A stretch of DNA of 64,000 nucleotides, taken from the NCBI GenBank assembly GCA_964456475.1, contig CAYVZI010000006.1, forward strand, positions 7,074 to 71,073. Direction: 5' to 3'. This stretch comes from an uncultured Candidatus Saccharibacteria bacterium (lineage in GTDB: Bacteria > Patescibacteriota > Minisyncoccia > Phycocordibacterales > UBA9973). The stretch's first letter is position 1. Every line of letters starts with the position of its first letter. Shown piece after piece: positions 60,466-64,000 of the stretch. Below the pieces are notes generated by a model. That model saw only the letters and a program-made list of their open reading frames with translations, was not told the DNA's origin and searched no databases. A program made the translations under genes and the position numbers.

Positions 60466-61440
60466 TCACATTTTTTCTATGGTTTTTTTTAATTTATACC
60501 CATTTCCATGACTAAGCATTCCTTTATATGAAGCTAGCGATTCAGGTTTCCGATTTCTCGCCAAATTTTTCAACATTCTCCGTTTCGTTGCAGTTCGTAA
60601 AACTCGATGTTTTGAAAAATGAATCCAACCAAGAAAATCCACGCCTGATGCGAGGGTTTTGATGAATACCTTGTCTGGATGGAGAGAAAGTTTAAGCTTT
60701 GTTTCCAAAAATTCTGCAATTTTCGGTAGCAATTCTTCAATATATTTTTTGTTTTCGCTCAGAATCACAAAATCATCTGCATAACGAATGTAGTATTTGC
60801 ATTTCAGTTCTCGCTTCATGAATTGATCAAATTCATTCATATATACATTTACCAGAAGCTGGCTCGTCAAATTTCCGAGTGGAAGTCCAACACATTGCTT
60901 GCCTTTGGTTGAAAAACTATCAACTACTTGTCCGAATAACCACAAAATATCCGCGTCTTCAATATGTTTTGCTAGAATTTCTTTCAAAGCAGGATGGTCG
61001 ATATTGGCAAAAAATTTCCGTATATCACATTTCAATACCCAGCATGTACGAGTATTATTTTTTGAAACAATCCTGCCAAAATCTCGAAACCGATTGAGAG
61101 CCTTGTGCTGTCCTTTACACTTCCTGCAAGAAAATGAACTAACATCAAATTTGTAATCAAAATAGGGATACAACACTCTATGAATTGCGTGATGCACAAG
61201 TCTGTCTCTCACACTCGCCTTATGAATGTCTCTCGGTTTTGGGTCATTAATGCGAAATGCGGTATATCCTTGATGCACGTACGTTTTATTTTTTAACTCA
61301 CAAGAAAGGGTCATTAAATTATCAGACAGTTGCATCGTAAATTCACCCACATCCTTGCGTTTCTTTTTTCCACACAAAAACTCTCGCCAAGAAACGAGCA
61401 GATTTTCAAAAGATGCTATACTGGCAAAATCATGGCGCAA
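60466..61440 (-). CDS. DGR reverse transcriptase
   Basis: RDRLVHHA, KCDIRKFF, GLPLGNLTSQ (DGR-type SQ motif), YIRYADD, DFLG. No maturase/endonuclease domain. Start uncertain: TTG 61440 used; in-frame alternatives at 61476, 61503 and 61509. Confidence 0.93.
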   Translation of the reverse strand: MRHDFASIASFENLLVSWREFLCGKKKRKDVGEFTMQLSDNLMTLSCELKNKTYVHQGYTAFRINDPKPRDIHKASVRDRLVHHAIHRVLYPYFDYKFDVSSFSCRKCKGQHKALNRFRDFGRIVSKNNTRTCWVLKCDIRKFFANIDHPALKEILAKHIEDADILWLFGQVVDSFSTKGKQCVGLPLGNLTSQLLVNVYMNEFDQFMKRELKCKYYIRYADDFVILSENKKYIEELLPKIAEFLETKLKLSLHPDKVFIKTLASGVDFLGWIHFSKHRVLRTATKRRMLKNLARNRKPESLASYKGMLSHGNGYKLKKTIEKM

Positions 61441-61841
61441 ACTTACTCTCTCTCTCTCTCTCTCTCGAGAATGCAAGTGTAGTCCTGCGAGCCAAGGAAG
61501 CATTCGCATTGTGGACAAACAATGTCGTTCCTCATATGCCTCGTACTTCAAGATACACGACCGGAGCGAGAATCGAAACGCATTTTTTAGATTTGCTCGA
61601 AGCCATATATCAAGCATATTACGCTCCGCTCGAAAGTAAAAGTCCGTTCATTGTGACCGCGATCAACAAAAATGACCTTGTAAAATATTTTCTGCAAATC
61701 GCGTGGGAAAATAAGCTCATTAAAGATAAGCCATATATTGAAATTTCAGAAAAAATCCAAGAAGTAGGTAGAATCCTCGGCGGTTGGAAAAATAAGGTAA
61801 ATGAAAAAATCACTCACTCAAAACAAAGCATGACCCGCTAA
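61413..61841 (+). CDS. avd: Avd-like accessory variability determinant (four-helix bundle), antisense to the rest of the DGR and possibly frameshifted at the CT tract
   Basis: MPRTSRYTTGARIE...LLEAI...KYFLQIAWENKLI...EVGRILGGWK fits the Avd family pattern. Lies between TR and RT. Confidence 0.8.
   Translation: MLYWQNHGANLLSLSLSLENASVVLRAKEAFALWTNNVVPHMPRTSRYTTGARIETHFLDLLEAIYQAYYAPLESKSPFIVTAINKNDLVKYFLQIAWENKLIKDKPYIEISEKIQEVGRILGGWKNKVNEKITHSKQSMTR
61414..61422 (+). promoter_or_regulatory. extended -10 box for avd
   Basis: TGcTATACT, identical to the 9-mer before dnaE; ends 9 nt before ATG 61432. Confidence 0.55.
61446..61466. repeat. (CT)10C dinucleotide microsatellite
   Basis: 21 nt of perfect CT alternation at the RT/avd junction; the only such tract I saw in the window. 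Confidence 0.95.
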
Positions 61842-61857
61842 CGCGGGTCATGCTTTG
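61824..61857. terminator. perfect 15-bp stem-loop between the avd 3' end and the TR 3' end
   Basis: caaagcatgacccgc-taac-gcgggtcatgctttg; the avd stop codon is in the loop. Confidence 0.75.
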
Positions 61858-61873
61858 AACATATCTTCAGTTT

Positions 61874-61978
61874 CGAAAGAGAGGAACAGATTGCCCTTAT
61901 TCCACGTATTGTCGTCGAGCGAGTTCGCATTGAAGTTCCACTCGTCGTCGTTCCAGTTCAGGTTCACGGCGACCACTC
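61874..61978 (-). ncRNA. DGR template repeat (TR)
   Basis: Ungapped 105-nt match to the VR; rich in AAC/AAT codons in the target frame (VNLNWNDDEWNFNANSLDDNTWNKGN). Confidence 0.97.
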
Positions 61979-62216
61979 TTGTGCAATACCCCATCTGTAC
62001 CACTGGATGATGAACTGCATCATTCCTGCATATGTATACCGTATATAAAATACGCGAGAGTATCACACCTACTGAATAATATATGTATGAGAATTTGTAT
62101 GTTGCGCTCATGCAAGAATATTCCTACACAATTCTAAACTATACAAATCCTTGATACTCGTTTCTAAGATTTGATTCCGGGAAATCTTGTAGTATCGTGC
62201 TTGAGTATATATAAAA

Positions 62217-62247
62217 AGAACCTAAGATTCAAAGAATCAAAGGTTCT
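62217..62247 (-). promoter_or_regulatory. hairpin downstream of the VR (candidate DGR target-recognition stem-loop)
   Basis: agaacct-aa-gattc-aaa-gaatc-aa-aggttct, about 22 nt after the target stop codon. Confidence 0.5.
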
Positions 62248-62269
62248 ATAATTTAGCCCAATAACAAAG

Positions 62270-62941
62270 CTACTTTTTAGTAGCGAAAGAGAGGAACAGA
62301 TCGCCCTTACACCACGTAAGGCCGCCGAGCGAGAACGCATAGAAGTACCACTCGCCGCCGCCCCAGCCCAGGCCCACGGCGACCACTCGGCCATCTGGAA
62401 GTTCTACGTGCATGACATACCATTCTTTTTTATTCAGTTTGTACCCACCCAAAAATTGTTCGGCGAGTTCTGGTTGAAAAATCAGAAGATACTTTAGACA
62501 ACAATATGTTTCAAAATCCATATTGCCTGGATTATCTGTAGCAGTCTGAATTTCAGAATCCTTCATGCTTTTTGGCAAACGATATTCGTTCGGCCTGCCA
62601 AGTTCACGAATAGCGATAAATTTTTTCAGATTTGGTATCACGCACAATTCTCTGTAATTATCACCGAAATAAAGTCTTTTGTCCCCAGTTTCGGCTCTAT
62701 GTTTAAATACATCTCCAAACACAAATCCATTTACCAATTGATAGGTGAGCTTACACCCGTTGTTAATCCATTTGATAAACTCAGACAAAAAATTTTCTTT
62801 GTCCGGCATATCAATAGCATCCTGAATTTTTTGACCGTCAATTTCCGAAATTTTCTTGCTCTTTTCGGTGAGCATAGTTACAAAAAGGTTACTAATCATC
62901 ATTAGCAACTGTCCGATTTGACCTAATGTTGTTGGCTTCAC
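62270..62941 (-). CDS. DGR target protein with a C-terminal variable region
   Basis: 223 aa, GTG start. The C-terminal VVAVGLGWGGGEWYFYAFSLGGLTWCKGDLFLSF is encoded by the VR. Confidence 0.93.
   Translation of the reverse strand: MKPTTLGQIGQLLMMISNLFVTMLTEKSKKISEIDGQKIQDAIDMPDKENFLSEFIKWINNGCKLTYQLVNGFVFGDVFKHRAETGDKRLYFGDNYRELCVIPNLKKFIAIRELGRPNEYRLPKSMKDSEIQTATDNPGNMDFETYCCLKYLLIFQPELAEQFLGGYKLNKKEWYVMHVELPDGRVVAVGLGWGGGEWYFYAFSLGGLTWCKGDLFLSFATKK
62284..62388 (-). repeat. DGR variable repeat (VR)
   Basis: 19 mismatches to the TR, all at TR adenines (12 A>G, 6 A>T, 1 A>C). Confidence 0.97.
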
Positions 62942-62997
62942 GTTTTTGCCTCGCTATCGTCGCTCTGTTTAAGCTATTTTACGGGGACTTGTTTTAT

Positions 62998-63111
62998 TGG
63001 TTAGAAAAATCAAAAAATTCGATTCCTGACTCAAAACCTTTGATTTTTCTAACCATTTTTTTTAAAGAAATTTATATACATATTATAGCATAGAATAGGT
63101 ATAAAAGTCAA
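62998..63111 (-). promoter_or_regulatory. promoter of the DGR target gene plus 17-bp leader stem-loop
   Basis: TTGACT (63111-63106)-18 nt-TATAAT (63087-63082) with TG extension; inverted repeat 62998-63014/63039-63055. Confidence 0.65.
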
Positions 63112-63112
63112 G

Positions 63113-63149
63113 GTCGAAAAAGACCCCTCACACAAGGGTCTTTTTCGAC
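63113..63149 (-). terminator. stem-loop after murI
   Basis: gtcgaaaaagaccc-N9-gggtctttttcgac. Confidence 0.7.
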
Positions 63150-63958
63150 TATTTTTCAAGGGTCACTTTTTGGATTTTAATCTCCTTTCCAAACCATTTA
63201 TTAGCGAGTTTTTGGAGGACTGGTGTGATATCTGTCACATAAAAAGTTCGTGTTCCCTTCTTTGAAAGTTGTGATGCGATTTCGGGATGACGAATGAGAT
63301 ATTCCTTGGTCTTTTTAGGCACCACTGTATCTTGAGAAAGAATTACTACATCTTTTGGAAGCAATTTTTTGAATTCATTTTTTACAATTCCATAATGAGT
63401 GCAGCCGAGGAGTAATGCATCAATTTTTTTAGCATTGAAATGCTTGAGATAGTCGGAAAGCACTGGGCGCATGTGTGCGATATCACCTGACTCGATAAAA
63501 GGAACGAGGAGTGGAGTGGCGAGCGGAAAAATCTTTGATTTTTCCGCTCGCTTTTTGAATTCTCGTTCATACGCACCCGACGACACAGTAGCGCTCGTTG
63601 CAACTAATCCAACTCGAGCAAATTCAGCACTTGCTTCAGCCATCGGTACAATCATGCCAAGCACATTCCGACCAGGATATTTTTTGGGAATATATTTTTG
63701 TTGAAGCTCGCGCAATGCTTCAGCACTTGCCGTATTACACGCCACAATGACGAGCGCGCAATTTTGTGCAAACAAAAAGTCTACTCCCTCTTTGAGGAAC
63801 TCATAGATAGTCTCATGACTCCGTGATCCGTACGGTAGACGCTTCGTATCACCAAGATAGACATAGTCATACTCCGGCAGCGCTTTCGAAATAGCCGACA
63901 TAGTAAAAAGCCCGCCAAGCCCTGAATCAAACACCCCGATTTTTCCTTGTATTTTCAT
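63149..63958 (-). CDS. murI: glutamate racemase
   Basis: IGVFDSGLGG, PYGSRS, VACNTAS, LGCTHY. Confidence 0.96.
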   Translation of the reverse strand: MKIQGKIGVFDSGLGGLFTMSAISKALPEYDYVYLGDTKRLPYGSRSHETIYEFLKEGVDFLFAQNCALVIVACNTASAEALRELQQKYIPKKYPGRNVLGMIVPMAEASAEFARVGLVATSATVSSGAYEREFKKRAEKSKIFPLATPLLVPFIESGDIAHMRPVLSDYLKHFNAKKIDALLLGCTHYGIVKNEFKKLLPKDVVILSQDTVVPKKTKEYLIRHPEIASQLSKKGTRTFYVTDITPVLQKLANKWFGKEIKIQKVTLEK

Positions 63959-64000
63959 TCCTAATTCTTAATTCGTAATTCCTAATTTACATCTAGTCCC

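Noticed and set aside
60466-61617. RT as a group II intron or retron RT, and the full 383-aa ORF-track length
   Set aside because: There is no maturase or endonuclease domain and no intron ends. The SQ motif plus the TR/VR pair identifies a DGR. The first about 50 residues of the long ORF are antisense avd sequence.
61848-62111. 87-aa ORF containing the TR (VVAVNLNWNDDEWNFNANS...)
   Set aside because: It is the non-coding template read in the target frame. TRs are naturally stop-free and Asn-rich, and the rest of the ORF has no protein-like features.

Overview
This is a chromosomal window of a small-genome bacterium. Short PheS/PheT/ThrS/SMC forms, a NusB-NUDIX fusion and -10 boxes abutting start codons point to Patescibacteria/CPR (Parcubacteria-like); that assignment is inference. 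The backbone is housekeeping: dnaG, rpoC, rpoB, trmD, typA, rpsP, rnr, smc, rnc, nusB, rpmF, rnhB, dnaE, thrS, gyrB, pheT/pheS, a UvrD-like helicase, murC, murD and murI. The main accessory element is a complete diversity-generating retroelement (DGR) between murI and murD (about 60466-63111). Its TR (61874-61978) and VR (62284-62388) differ at 19 of 105 positions, all at TR adenines. The layout is atypical: avd is inverted and overlaps the RT head-to-head, and a (CT)10C microsatellite at the junction puts the most plausible avd start codon out of frame, which suggests a slipped-strand ON/OFF switch for hypermutation. Also present are a second gene with a VR-like 3' end that does not match this TR (28440-29216), a seemingly non-diversified paralogue of the target family (9783-10454), a small island whose genes are separated by att-like direct repeats (9496-13554), a RAYT-type HUH transposase with flanking palindromes, and several families of small palindromic repeats, some translated in frame inside genes. 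No rRNA, tRNA or CRISPR array was recognised. All alignments were done by eye and no database searches were run.
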